Positions 29,640 through 39,634 of a stretch of DNA of 64,000 nt are shown here, piece after piece (the stretch's first letter is position 1; every line of letters begins with the position of its first letter). The stretch spans positions 122 through 64,121 of the forward strand of contig LMZT01000115.1 of the NCBI GenBank assembly GCA_001567115.1, given 5' to 3'. The position numbers and the translations under genes were made by a program. This stretch comes from Candidatus Hinthialibacteria bacterium OLB16. Lineage in GTDB: Bacteria; Hinthialibacterota; Hinthialibacteria; OLB16. The notes below the pieces were generated by a model that was given only the letters and a program-made list of their open reading frames with translations, did no database searches and was not told the DNA's origin.

Positions 29640-30888
29640 CATTAAAAAGGGGCGGTCTGGAAGGATCGCCCCTTTCATGGTTTTAATCTCGAGGGTTTCT
29701 CTAGCCGGCTTTTTGAAGGGATAAATCCGGCGATGGACCGACATCCGGCCAGCCTGGTCATCGGGCTGCAGATTCTCCCAGTTGAAAAACAGGCGCCCCC
29801 AGTCGCTGTGCAGTGCCTCTTCGACACGCTCCTTGCCGATAAAGGGGTACCAGTAGTAATCATGGTACGCAATGCTCGCGACATACGCCCAGGGAGCCAG
29901 CCAGGTCTTCAAAGACCATTCGACCGGGCGTTTCAAGCCACCCCAGTAAATCTTATGCTGCATCCGGCTGGCGAAGGTCATCTTCTGGTATGGCCCGACA
30001 AAATGCCAGTTTTCACCAGCGACATCCGGATCGCCAACCACCTCAATTTCTTTCGGGTCGCCGACACCAAGGCCCATGTCATGAGAAAGCCGGATAAACT
30101 TGATTTCATCAAGCGGCTTGAATCCCATCAGGCTGGCCGACATGGCATCGATGGCAACCTGGTCGGCAGAGGCGAGAATGACATTTTTCACATGGGGGAC
30201 CATGCAGCGCGGTCCCGGGCCATCACCGGCGAATGTTCCATCCATGACCGCGAACACACCGGTGTGGATTTTTTTCTGGATCATGAGCAAGTCCACCAGA
30301 GTTTCATGGATGACCTCATGGGTCCAGTGGCGTTTCTCATTCAACAGGCCACCAAAAGCATTCTTCATCGCTCCCGTCATGGTGGTGAAAACATGAGTTT
30401 TCACTGTGGGCAGATGGATGATGTTTTCTCCGATAAAACGTTTTAGGAATATGGAACCCATTCGGATAAACCTTATTTAAAACCAGAAACTTGGAAGCAA
30501 CCTCCGCACCGACAGCATCACGGACATTGATCCAGGGTTCGTTTTCATAAAGGTGGACATTCCCGATGCCATGCTTCTGAACCACCGGGAGATGCTTGTT
30601 AAGGACCTCGCCTTTTTTGGAGGAAACCACAACAGTCCGGTTGTGGCAGGCATGAATTTTATCACGGCTGTAACCCCTGTTGAGCAATGCACGGATCACT
30701 CCTTCGAGCTGCCAGGGGGTTGTCGAGCAGGCTGGGTAGAAGTGATGCCAGCTGATGTTGACCTTCAAGGCTGTTTCGGTTGTTTTTGGGAGGGTGTCCT
30801 CGACACCGGCAAGAGTCATGGCGCGCTGAACATCGGCCAGATAAGTCCGTGGACTTGTTCGAACCACAGCAACTTTAGATCGAGACAT
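29556..30888 (-). CDS. DUF362 domain protein with C-terminal extension, interrupted by an apparent 1-nt insertion in an A4/T4 run near 30442
   Basis: KVAVVR…KVNISW in the N-terminal ORF; LPTVKTH…TGAMKNAFGG, MDGTFAGDGPGP and ILASADQVAIDA in the C-terminal ORF of the other frame. Confidence 0.6.
29646..29680. terminator. bidirectional hairpin terminator between convergent AKR and DUF362 genes
   Basis: AAAAA-GGGGCG-N12-CGCCCC-TTTCATGGTTTT. Confidence 0.5.
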
Positions 30889-30998
30889 GATACCACCTTT
30901 CTGTATTCGATCTTTCGAACACTCTTATTTTTCTGTCAACAAAGATAATCGGCCTCCGCAATACATAATTAAACCTGAATCGATAAGGCAAGTCGAGG

Positions 30999-33229
30999 GT
31001 GTCAGTTTTAACCTACCCTTGCGAAGGTGAGGAAGTAACGCATAATCCGCTTGAAGGAGATGCATTCGATACCGGCTCTATGAATTATTCGATCGGAATT
31101 CTATTCCTCTTTATACTGACCATAGTCGGATTCCTGTTCAGATCAAGGTATCTGGATCGGCCACTTTCCGGCAGGTACCGTTTCGGCCTGGCACTCCTTC
31201 AGGCGATCCCTCTTCTTCTTCTCGCCTGGCTGCTGATCGATCCCCGTTTCCATGGCGGCTACAAGGAGACCCTGACAAAGGTGATCGCGCTGGTGGTGGA
31301 CGACTCCCCCAGCATGTCTCTTTCCGATGATGAATCCGGAGGGACACGCCTCGAAGCGGCAGAGAAGTGGGTCGAGGACATACAGAGGGATTGGCAGGAA
31401 GAGCCGCATCAGGCGCAGATATCAGCTTTCCGAACCAGCCAGCTGGTTCCCGCCGGTGTTTCTGCCTCAGATTATGCAGCGGTGATTGAAGGCCTCCTTC
31501 AGAAGATTCAACCGGACCGTCTGGCTTCGGTCATTCTCATCGGAGATGGCCAGCATCATGGGCCACAGTCCCCGGTTCTCGCAGCCGACAGCTCGGTGTT
31601 CCAATGAATACTGTTGGAATCGGAGCGGCCCAAAAATCAGAGTTCATCCAGGCCCGCTGGATTGAGGCGCCGGGCGAAGTGGCCCCCGGAACTCCATTCC
31701 TGTCACGCTGGCAGGTGGAATCCGATACAACCGAGCCTGTGGCGGCGGAGGTTCATATCACCTTTGCTTCCGATGAGGTTCTCTCTCGCGATATTTCACT
31801 GGAACCGGCCCATTCGATGCAGGAGGATTGGATTGGCTTGCGGTCAGTCAAGAGCGGAATGCACCTCCTCAGGCTGGTTGTAAACTCGAAGCGAACCGGC
31901 GAATTGATCACACAGGCCACTGCAAGCATCCATGTCGAAGCCTCAACTCCGAGCATCCTGATCCTGGAGAGCGAACCCTCAAGGCTGGCTCAGTCGTTCA
32001 GCCAGGCGGTCCTCCATAACGGCCGATACCGCATCCTACGGCCGGTGAGCCTGGGAGATGGGAGCGGGATACTGTGGGATCTTTTCCGCAGTGACGCAGA
32101 AAGCGAGGCGAAAGCACCCTGGTCTCATGAGAAAATGGTTCGATTGGATCCTTCCCATTGGGAAGCCTTGCTCGAAGAAACCCTTCCGAATATCAACATG
32201 CTGGTGCTCGGTAAAAATCCACTGGGAAGGATGCCGGCGAAATGGCTGGAGGTGCTTGAACAACACTTTCAATCGAATCGAACCGGGTTGCTGGCGCTCC
32301 CGGGAGCGGAAAGCCTTGCCCCTCGTGTCCAGGAAGGGGGGCTGAAAGAGGTACTGGTGCTGATGGAACAACGTTCCCCCAGCCTCAGGGCTTTGGATCT
32401 CTCGTTTCCGGAAGACAGTCGGAATCATCCCTCCCTGGCTCCGATCTGGTCCCTGATTTCACGTCCACTGCAGATTGGCCCAGACAAGTTTTTTGACCAG
32501 AGGCCCCCTTATTCGACACTTTTAGTCAGCGACCCTTCCGAGAAGCCATTGGTTCTGGAAACACGAATGGGGCTGAGCCATGCCATCCTGGTTGCGCCGG
32601 AAAATCTGTGGACACTGGCTGCTTTTGGAGGAGGAAGCGAAGGCACAGGAACTTCACTTCTGGAGGGGTTGTGGCTCGGAGTGGCGGATTATCTCGCAGG
32701 TTATTCAATTCCACGAAAAATCAAGGTCGAGGCGCATCCCAATCCAGGTGTCGTCGGGCAGCAGATCAAGGTCATTGTCCAGGATCCCTCCATCACCCCC
32801 GGGCCACCCTTGTCAGGCCTGGAAGTCAAGGCAACAGATGGGCAGTGGCAGGTTCTGCCTCTCTCACCCGATCCAGACTGGGCTGGGCTGGGCAGCACCA
32901 CATGGTATGCCCGGCAGGCGGGAGACTATACCATGCGTTATGCCCGGCAGGATTCTCATTCAATCCAGATCAGGGTCCTGGATCAGTCTCCAGAATCCAG
33001 CGACCGGCTGTTGAATGAATCCCTTCTTCGAGACCTTGCCGAATCCACCGGAGGGCAGTATGCCATGTTTGCGGATCGTGCCCGGATCATGTCCGATATA
33101 GATTTTCCCCCGCTGACTGTTCAACGTTCTGGTTCATTCCCACTTCGCCATGATCTCCGTTTTGGGGCGGGCCTCGCGATTCTGTTTTGTCTGGGCTGGG
33201 GAATCAGGAGGCTTCTATCCTTGCCGTGA
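30999..33229 (+). CDS. BatA-like VWA-domain protein with N-terminal double-TM region and long C-terminal region, interrupted by an apparent 1-nt deletion near 31601
   Basis: ALVVDDSPSM…RLEAAEKWV and ILIGDGQHHGP are VWA/MIDAS motifs; the VWA domain is truncated by the stop at 31607 and continues as NTVGIGA in the next ORF. Confidence 0.6.
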
Positions 33230-35494
33230 GAAAAGCGCGACAGCCGGTCCAGGCTCCCATCCGAGTTCGATTCTTCAGTGTGGTTTTTGGCAGTCTTGAG
33301 AGGTTTCTGGAAATCTCGCTGATAGCTGCCATGCTGTTGATCAGTGTTGTAGTCCATTACTGGACTCCCTCATCGATCACTGCCAAGGATTATTATGCCG
33401 CATGGTTCGGGTTGTTTTTCCTGTTATCGGGAGGCTTTCTTTTCTTTCGACAAAAGGAATGGCGAAACCGGTCTGCATGGATTTTTATCCCTTTGCTCCT
33501 GTATGTTCTGTATGCGGTTATCCGGGTTTTCTTCTCACCATACCCGGTAAGATCCTGGGAATCCCTCCGACTGACCCTGGGAAGCATGGCTCCGCTGATC
33601 CCGGCATATCTGCTGGCACAAAATCCAAGATCGCTGCGAAAGTTGTTATTCGCTTTTACTTTCATTGTGTGGCTGGTGTGTCTGTATGGAGTGCTGCAGT
33701 TCATATCGCAGAATATCCCCGATTCCATGGCCTGGGGCAGGAGGATCGATCCGATCACCTGGTCTTGGAACAAGGCTCCCTTGATCGGCGATATCCTGAA
33801 GTTTCTTGAAACCGACATGAGTTATTTCCAATGGGAAAAATTCCCGGGAATGCTGGGATTGAACCGCAGTTATTCGACCTTTGGGAACCCCACTTATTTT
33901 GCGGGTTTCCTGGTCCTGCTGGTGCCAATAATTCTGGGGATTGGGTTCAGCCGGATTCATTCAGGCAAATCCTCCTGGAAAGCATTTCTCCATCTGATTC
34001 CCGTGATGATGGGGCTGGCAGTGACCTTAAGCAAAGGCGCTATTCTGGGAGCCTTTGGTGGGGTGGCGCAGTTTCTGATGTTTCTCGGGATTTCACCCAG
34101 CTCCAGGATTCACCCCACAGTCCGAAAAATATGCCGGGTTGTTTCGCCCCTGATGCTGATTGCAACCTGGATTCTTCTGGGGGGGATATTCCTCCTGGCA
34201 GGAGAATCAACAGATGAAGCGGCCTCTCAGTCTAAATTACAGTCGGTTGAAGTCCGTTCAATGACCTACTCAACAACCGCTGCCATGATCCGGGATCATC
34301 TCCTCTTCGGGGTTGGCCCTGGAAATTTCGCTGTGTTCTTTCCGGATTACATGAAATGGTCCGAGACTGAATCTTATGGCTGGTCCGAGTCACCCGAAGA
34401 TAAGGTGATGGAACATGCCCATAATGAATTCATCGAGGTGCTGGTTGACCTGGGGTTCGTTGGATTCATGCTGCTGATTACTTTCTGGGGAGCTTTTGTT
34501 TTGCTGGCATGGAAGGCCTGGCAGGATGGATCCAGCCTGCCGGAATCCTGGTGGCTGGCAGGTTTTCTGTCCGCAGTATTTGCCGGATTGTGTGAAAACA
34601 TGACATCGGTCAGCCTGCGCTGGACCCCCAGTGCCTGGAATTTCTGGCTGGCCGCTGGGTTCGCAGCCGGGCTGGCCGGGTATCTTTACAAGAAACAGCC
34701 AGGTCAAACTGAAACTCCGGCTGTTCAGGGAAGGTATGTGAAAACTGCCCTTTTCTCAGCTCTCGCTTTGACCACCCTTTTATTTATACCTGCCTCCTCA
34801 CGATTCATGTCGGACTGGTATTATGTGGGCGGGAGGCAGGGGCAGAAGCAGGGGAGGCCTGAAACTGAATCGCTGCTGGTCCGATCCATTGAGCTGGATC
34901 CGTATGCGGTCGCTTCGCATTACCTGCTGGGAGGACTGCTCTATGAAAATGGCCGTTATGGTGATGCCATCGAGCATTTTGAAAAAGGTCCGCCAGCTCC
35001 GAGGGGATGTGGTTGTAGTCACTGAAAACCTGGCGACATCGTATTTCAAAATCTCATCGGAATCATCCAACGAATCGGACCGCCAGATGGCGATGCTTCA
35101 GGCGGTTGATTATTATGAGGAGAGCCTGAAAAGGCATCCCACTTATGCCCGTCTGCAGGATTATCTCTCACGCTGTTATCAGAGAATCGGATTCGACCGG
35201 CGTGCACGCGATTACCGCCTGAAATCCATCGAGCTCTATGAGAAATGGTTCGCCTGGGGCAAGAGCTATCCCAGACCCAATTATGCCCTGGATTTGGGGA
35301 AGAACTACATCGCCGAAAAAGAATATGAAAAATCATTCTGGATCCTTCGCAATGTCATCACCTGGAAGGGGGATCCGGCACGGCTCAAAGGGGCATTGGA
35401 TTCTTTATTCAAGGCGATTCCGGAGCTGCAACCTCGCTGGGATCACGAGATTCAGTTACTGCAGGAAAAAGCCGCTTCCGAGCTGATGAAATAA
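33187..35494 (+). CDS. O-antigen ligase-like (Wzy_C) membrane protein with C-terminal TPR repeats, interrupted by an apparent 1-nt insertion in an A5 run near 34984
   Basis: HNEFIEVLVDLGFVGF Wzy_C signature; TPR sequence continues across the frame change (…AIEHFEK/VRQLRGD…). Confidence 0.65.
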
Positions 35495-36808
35495 TCAGGA
35501 TCCTGAAGCGGTATCACACCACAGCCAGGTCCAAAGCCCCACTGACACCGAAAACAGAATCGCACCGACCGCCTGGTGGGAGGTCGGAATCAAAGTTTCC
35601 CAGGCGGCATAAGGTTCTCCCTGAACATGCAGGAGGGTCGCGATCAAAGCACCTAACCCAAGCAGAATCTGCAATCCGGAAACCACCGAAAGCCATCTTC
35701 CAAAACGCTGGATGAGGTGCTGGCCCGAATAAAAGGCATTCGTCCGGACTGTGATCGTAATGGCCAGCATGACCACAATCGAAGCAACCAGGATGTGGTA
35801 GGTAAGCCCCATCGCAAAGTGGCGCTGCAATGCCCCCAGGATCACCTGAAAAAGGACCAGAAATATCATCCCGCCTGAGAGCCAGCGGTCGATAGAACGC
35901 GAACCACTGACAGCCGGAACTCGCCCTTTTTTCCAGACACTCGATGCAACGACAGCCAGGACTGTCATCAGGCCAAGGAAAAACTGGCCCAGCACTCCAT
36001 GGACCAATGCCAGGGTCAGGCTGGGTGCGACTTCTTCCGGAGAAGTGGCCAGTGTGAATTTTCCTGTAACCCGCAAGCCGCCTAGAATCCCCTGCACGAT
36101 AACGACAGCGAGCACGAGGAGAGAAAAGTTTTTTACCCATTTGCGTTGATCGACACGGAAAAGATGAAAGGTGATCACCAGGGTGGTGATGCCGACCAGA
36201 GAACCGAATAAACGATGGGCATGCTCATAATAAATTCCACCGGTCATGCGTGACAGGGGATAGAGAAACATGTTGTAGCCGAAAGAATTGGGCCAATCGA
36301 CCACCGCCAAACCGGCATCATTGCTGGTGACAAGACCCCCGACAATGATGAGCAGGAATGTGGCTGCAACACCCACCACAACCAGCAGCCCGGTCCAGTC
36401 AGGGTGAACCGAGGCCAACCTTTTCCTGGCTCCAATCACCCCTCCAGCCAGGCCCAGGGCTGCCGCCAGCAGAAACCAGCCCGGAAGCCACAATAAAGCC
36501 GCCGGGTGAACCTGGTTCGGGCTATCGCCAGAAAGCAGGCTCCCGAGGATCAAAAGGTTCAGCAATGCTGCGGTTAAAGCGGTGTAGACCCCGCCACGCC
36601 ACCCTCTGGATGTGAGCCTGCCGGAAAGATAACCACCCGCCAGAAGAATCAGGAGCATCAGGGCCAGAACCAGCTGGCTGGGTAACATGACCGCTGGCAG
36701 GCGGCACAGATAGCCCGCCAGCCACATCCCCACAGTCGTTCCAAAGCCGAGCGCAAACAGGTCGGCATATCCCTGTTCATTTTCATTCGAAGTCATTCTG
36801 TTATCCAT
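35495..36808 (-). CDS. ctaA: heme A synthase (CtaA/COX15 family) with extended N-terminus
   Basis: VTSNDAGLAVVDWPNSFG (DWP loop) and EHAHRLFG (His ligand) motifs; polytopic; divergent from ctaB. Confidence 0.65.
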   Translation of the reverse strand: MDNRMTSNENEQGYADLFALGFGTTVGMWLAGYLCRLPAVMLPSQLVLALMLLILLAGGYLSGRLTSRGWRGGVYTALTAALLNLLILGSLLSGDSPNQVHPAALLWLPGWFLLAAALGLAGGVIGARKRLASVHPDWTGLLVVVGVAATFLLIIVGGLVTSNDAGLAVVDWPNSFGYNMFLYPLSRMTGGIYYEHAHRLFGSLVGITTLVITFHLFRVDQRKWVKNFSLLVLAVVIVQGILGGLRVTGKFTLATSPEEVAPSLTLALVHGVLGQFFLGLMTVLAVVASSVWKKGRVPAVSGSRSIDRWLSGGMIFLVLFQVILGALQRHFAMGLTYHILVASIVVMLAITITVRTNAFYSGQHLIQRFGRWLSVVSGLQILLGLGALIATLLHVQGEPYAAWETLIPTSHQAVGAILFSVSVGLWTWLWCDTASGS

Positions 36809-36924
36809 AAAATGGGGAATTCCTTTTCCTGGTTGTCGAGAAGGCCAAACAGTCCTATCATAACCAATCTTGGGGGCGGAATAAAACTCATCCGTCCCAG
36901 GATCGTTTCTAAAAGCAGGAATTC

Positions 36925-37848
36925 ATGAGCACACCATCCCCTGGAAAAATTATTTCGATCTATCTGGAGCTGGCCAAATCACGATTGACCGGCCTGGTTG
37001 CATTGACAGCAGTCGGCGGCTTTTTGCTGGCATCGCGAAATGACGTTTTGAATTGGAGCCTGTTGTTCTGGACAACCCTGGGAACCACACTCGCCAGCGG
37101 GGGGGCCAACGGCCTCAACCAGTGGTGGGAGGTTTTTCCGGACAGCCTGATGAAACGCACCCGCAACCGCCCGGTCCCTTCCAGGCGGATTTCTCGTGCT
37201 CACGCCTTTATCTGGGCATTAACAACCGCGCTTGCGGGCATTCTGATGCTGGCTGTATTTGTCAATACGATTACCGCCTTGCTGGGAGTGCTGACTGTCT
37301 TCCTGTATGTCCTGGTCTATACGCCACTCAAAAAAAGGACCTCCCTGTGCACCCTGGTGGGTGCAGTGTGCGGGGCCATTCCGCCACTGATGGGATGGAC
37401 CGGAGCGACGAATGAACTGGGTGCCGGCGGATGGATCCTGGCGGCAATCCTGTTCGTCTGGCAAATCCCACACTTCCTCGCGCTGGCCTGGATGTATCGC
37501 CAGGACTACAGCGATGGCGGATTCAGGATGCTGCCGGCCATCGACCCGAATGGAGCATTGACCTGCACTGCCATTATTCTGTACTCCTGTGCGCTGCTGC
37601 CGGTTGGAGCCTGCCTGTCGCTGGTGGGAGTCACAGGCTGGTTTTATACCCTCGGCTCCATTTTCCTCGGCCTGATGATGCTGTCGCCAGGTTTGAAATT
37701 CAGCCAGACACGCAATGATCGAGAGGCACGGCGGCTTTTTTTCGCCAGCCTGGCCTACCTGTCCCTGCTGATTGGTTTTATAGCCTTGGACCAGGCTATC
37801 CCTCCGCTGTCATCACCGGCTGTGGCGACTGTAGTCATCGAGCATTGA
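36925..37848 (+). CDS. ctaB: protoheme IX farnesyltransferase (heme O synthase)
   Basis: UbiA-fold; GGANGLNQWWEVFPDSLMKRTRNRPVPSRRIS matches CyoE/CtaB signatures. Confidence 0.9.
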   Translation: MSTPSPGKIISIYLELAKSRLTGLVALTAVGGFLLASRNDVLNWSLLFWTTLGTTLASGGANGLNQWWEVFPDSLMKRTRNRPVPSRRISRAHAFIWALTTALAGILMLAVFVNTITALLGVLTVFLYVLVYTPLKKRTSLCTLVGAVCGAIPPLMGWTGATNELGAGGWILAAILFVWQIPHFLALAWMYRQDYSDGGFRMLPAIDPNGALTCTAIILYSCALLPVGACLSLVGVTGWFYTLGSIFLGLMMLSPGLKFSQTRNDREARRLFFASLAYLSLLIGFIALDQAIPPLSSPAVATVVIEH

Positions 37849-37886
37849 CCCGCTCAAAGAATCTGCCAATGGATTCCCGCTTTCGC

Positions 37887-37949
37887 GGGAATGACAATGG
37901 CGGGAGCGGGAATGACAATGGCGGGAGCGGGAATGACAATGGTGGGAGC
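37887..37949. repeat. 21-bp tandem repeat x3 (GGGAATGACAATGGCGGGAGC), preceded by hairpin TTCCCGC-TTTC-GCGGGAA at 37875-37892
   Basis: Direct sequence; intergenic between convergent ctaB and sulfatase; the overlapping ORF 37845..38159 is low-complexity and probably not coding. Confidence 0.8.
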
Positions 37950-38065
37950 GGGGTGGACGGAATCCCCCTGCTTGACCGACTTCCGGCTCTCCTCTCATCC
38001 GGCATTACCAGTAGAGAGCCATATACTGGTTTTCGGGGTCATTCAATTGCCGCCAGGATAAAACC

Positions 38066-39634
38066 TCAGACATACCACCCCAGAGATCCCCCATCGACTA
38101 TCGGAGGTTCTTCAGGTGGGGGAGGTAACAGCCCGCGCTTATCCAGTTCGGCAAGCTGAATCTGAATGTAATCTTCAGCACGCTGATTTTCTTTAATGGG
38201 GTTGCAGATGGAACGCAATTCCCCTTCGAGTTCGGAGAGTTTTTCGGGATGAGTTGAAGCCAGATTGTGAAGCTCATCGGGATCATCGGCCAGATTGAAC
38301 AACTGGTGGGATGCAGCAATGCAATAATGCAGTTTCCAATCCCCTTTGCGGATCAGGTAGCTGCTGGCGCGGGTGCCATGGCCATGGTACTCCGAGAAAA
38401 CAACCCGGCCCGGATCATTGACGGGAATTTCCGGGAGCGGAGTTCCCTGCCACCCATCGGGGCGTTCACGAAGTTTTCCGGTGGCATGAAAGAAAGTGGC
38501 CTGGAGGTCATGCAGATCCACCGGTGTTTCAACCACCTGGCCTTTCGGAAATCCGGGGCCGGCCACGACCATCGGGATTCGGGCCGAATCTTCATACAGG
38601 GAGCATTTCCACCACATTCCGAACTTCCCAAGCATCTCTCCATGATCGGATGTGTAGGCAAAGATGGTTTGATCAGACAGGCCGGACTCATCGAGGGCAG
38701 CGAGCAATCGGCCGACCTGCTGGTCCATGAAAGTGACACACCCATAATAACCCTGCCTTAGCCCTCGAACCTGTTCCTCAGTAAATCGATCAGTCTGGAA
38801 ATGAGCGCGGAGGTCGAGAGCATAGGGGTGGTTGGCGGAATCCACTGTGCCATCAAATCTGGGGAGGTCGTGGCGGGCCTGGTATTTATCCCACAGATCC
38901 TGAGTGACCTTGTGGGGAAAATGGGGGCGAATGCCATTCACGACACAGACCCAGGGCTGTGTGAGAGATGGAGCGGTTTCCCGCAGCCAGTGAATCGCCT
39001 CATCCACACGTTGAATATCATATTCGAAATTCTTCGGATCCACCCCATATTGCCTGGCTGCCACGGGGCTTCCAGGGTTAATTGCCAGCGGCTGGCGGGA
39101 TATATACGGGTTCGGCTGGAGACGTTCTCCAGGCGAGATCACCTCAGAAAAGCCGAGGCGGACGCCATCATTGTAAAAGTCGGTCTTCCCGATGTTGACA
39201 GTATGCACACCCGCCTGTGCGAGAATGTGCCCATAGCTGGGAAAGGTGGCTTTGAAAAGATTGCAGTTGCTGTAGGTCTGTATCTGATGAACCCGCTGCC
39301 CGGCACAGAATGCGGAGCGTGATGGGTGGCAGACCGGGGATGGGCAGTATGTATTGGAAAATACGACTCCACGCTCGGCGAGTTTTTCAAGATTTGGAGT
39401 TTCAACAAACCGATAACGGCCAAGGCCGGAGAAATAAGGGTTATGTTCATCCGACATAAAGACCAGAACATTGCTGGCTTCGGTCTGCTGTTTCCGTGAT
39501 AAAACAAAAGGAGACTTGCGCAGCCCCATGGAGGTGCATCCACTGGCTGTGGCGGTCAGGAGTGAAGCCCCCGCACCCTGCAGGAACTTTCGACGAGAGG
39601 TTTTTCGATCTGTCGCTACTTGTACAATCCCCAC
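38066..39634 (-). CDS. sulfatase (formylglycine-dependent) with Tat signal
   Basis: RRKFLQGAGAS twin-arginine; CPSPVCHPSRSAF signature, C-x-P-x-R, Cys-type. Confidence 0.85.
   Translation of the reverse strand: MGIVQVATDRKTSRRKFLQGAGASLLTATASGCTSMGLRKSPFVLSRKQQTEASNVLVFMSDEHNPYFSGLGRYRFVETPNLEKLAERGVVFSNTYCPSPVCHPSRSAFCAGQRVHQIQTYSNCNLFKATFPSYGHILAQAGVHTVNIGKTDFYNDGVRLGFSEVISPGERLQPNPYISRQPLAINPGSPVAARQYGVDPKNFEYDIQRVDEAIHWLRETAPSLTQPWVCVVNGIRPHFPHKVTQDLWDKYQARHDLPRFDGTVDSANHPYALDLRAHFQTDRFTEEQVRGLRQGYYGCVTFMDQQVGRLLAALDESGLSDQTIFAYTSDHGEMLGKFGMWWKCSLYEDSARIPMVVAGPGFPKGQVVETPVDLHDLQATFFHATGKLRERPDGWQGTPLPEIPVNDPGRVVFSEYHGHGTRASSYLIRKGDWKLHYCIAASHQLFNLADDPDELHNLASTHPEKLSELEGELRSICNPIKENQRAEDYIQIQLAELDKRGLLPPPPEEPPIVDGGSLGWYV

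Noticed and set aside
37887-37949. Possible CRISPR array
   Set aside because: The repeats are contiguous with no spacers, there are only three 21-bp units, and there are no cas genes.
37845-38159. 104-aa ORF encoding GNDNGGS repeats
   Set aside because: It is generated by the 21-bp tandem DNA repeat. It overlaps the sulfatase C-terminus on the other strand and is low-complexity throughout. Treated as non-coding.
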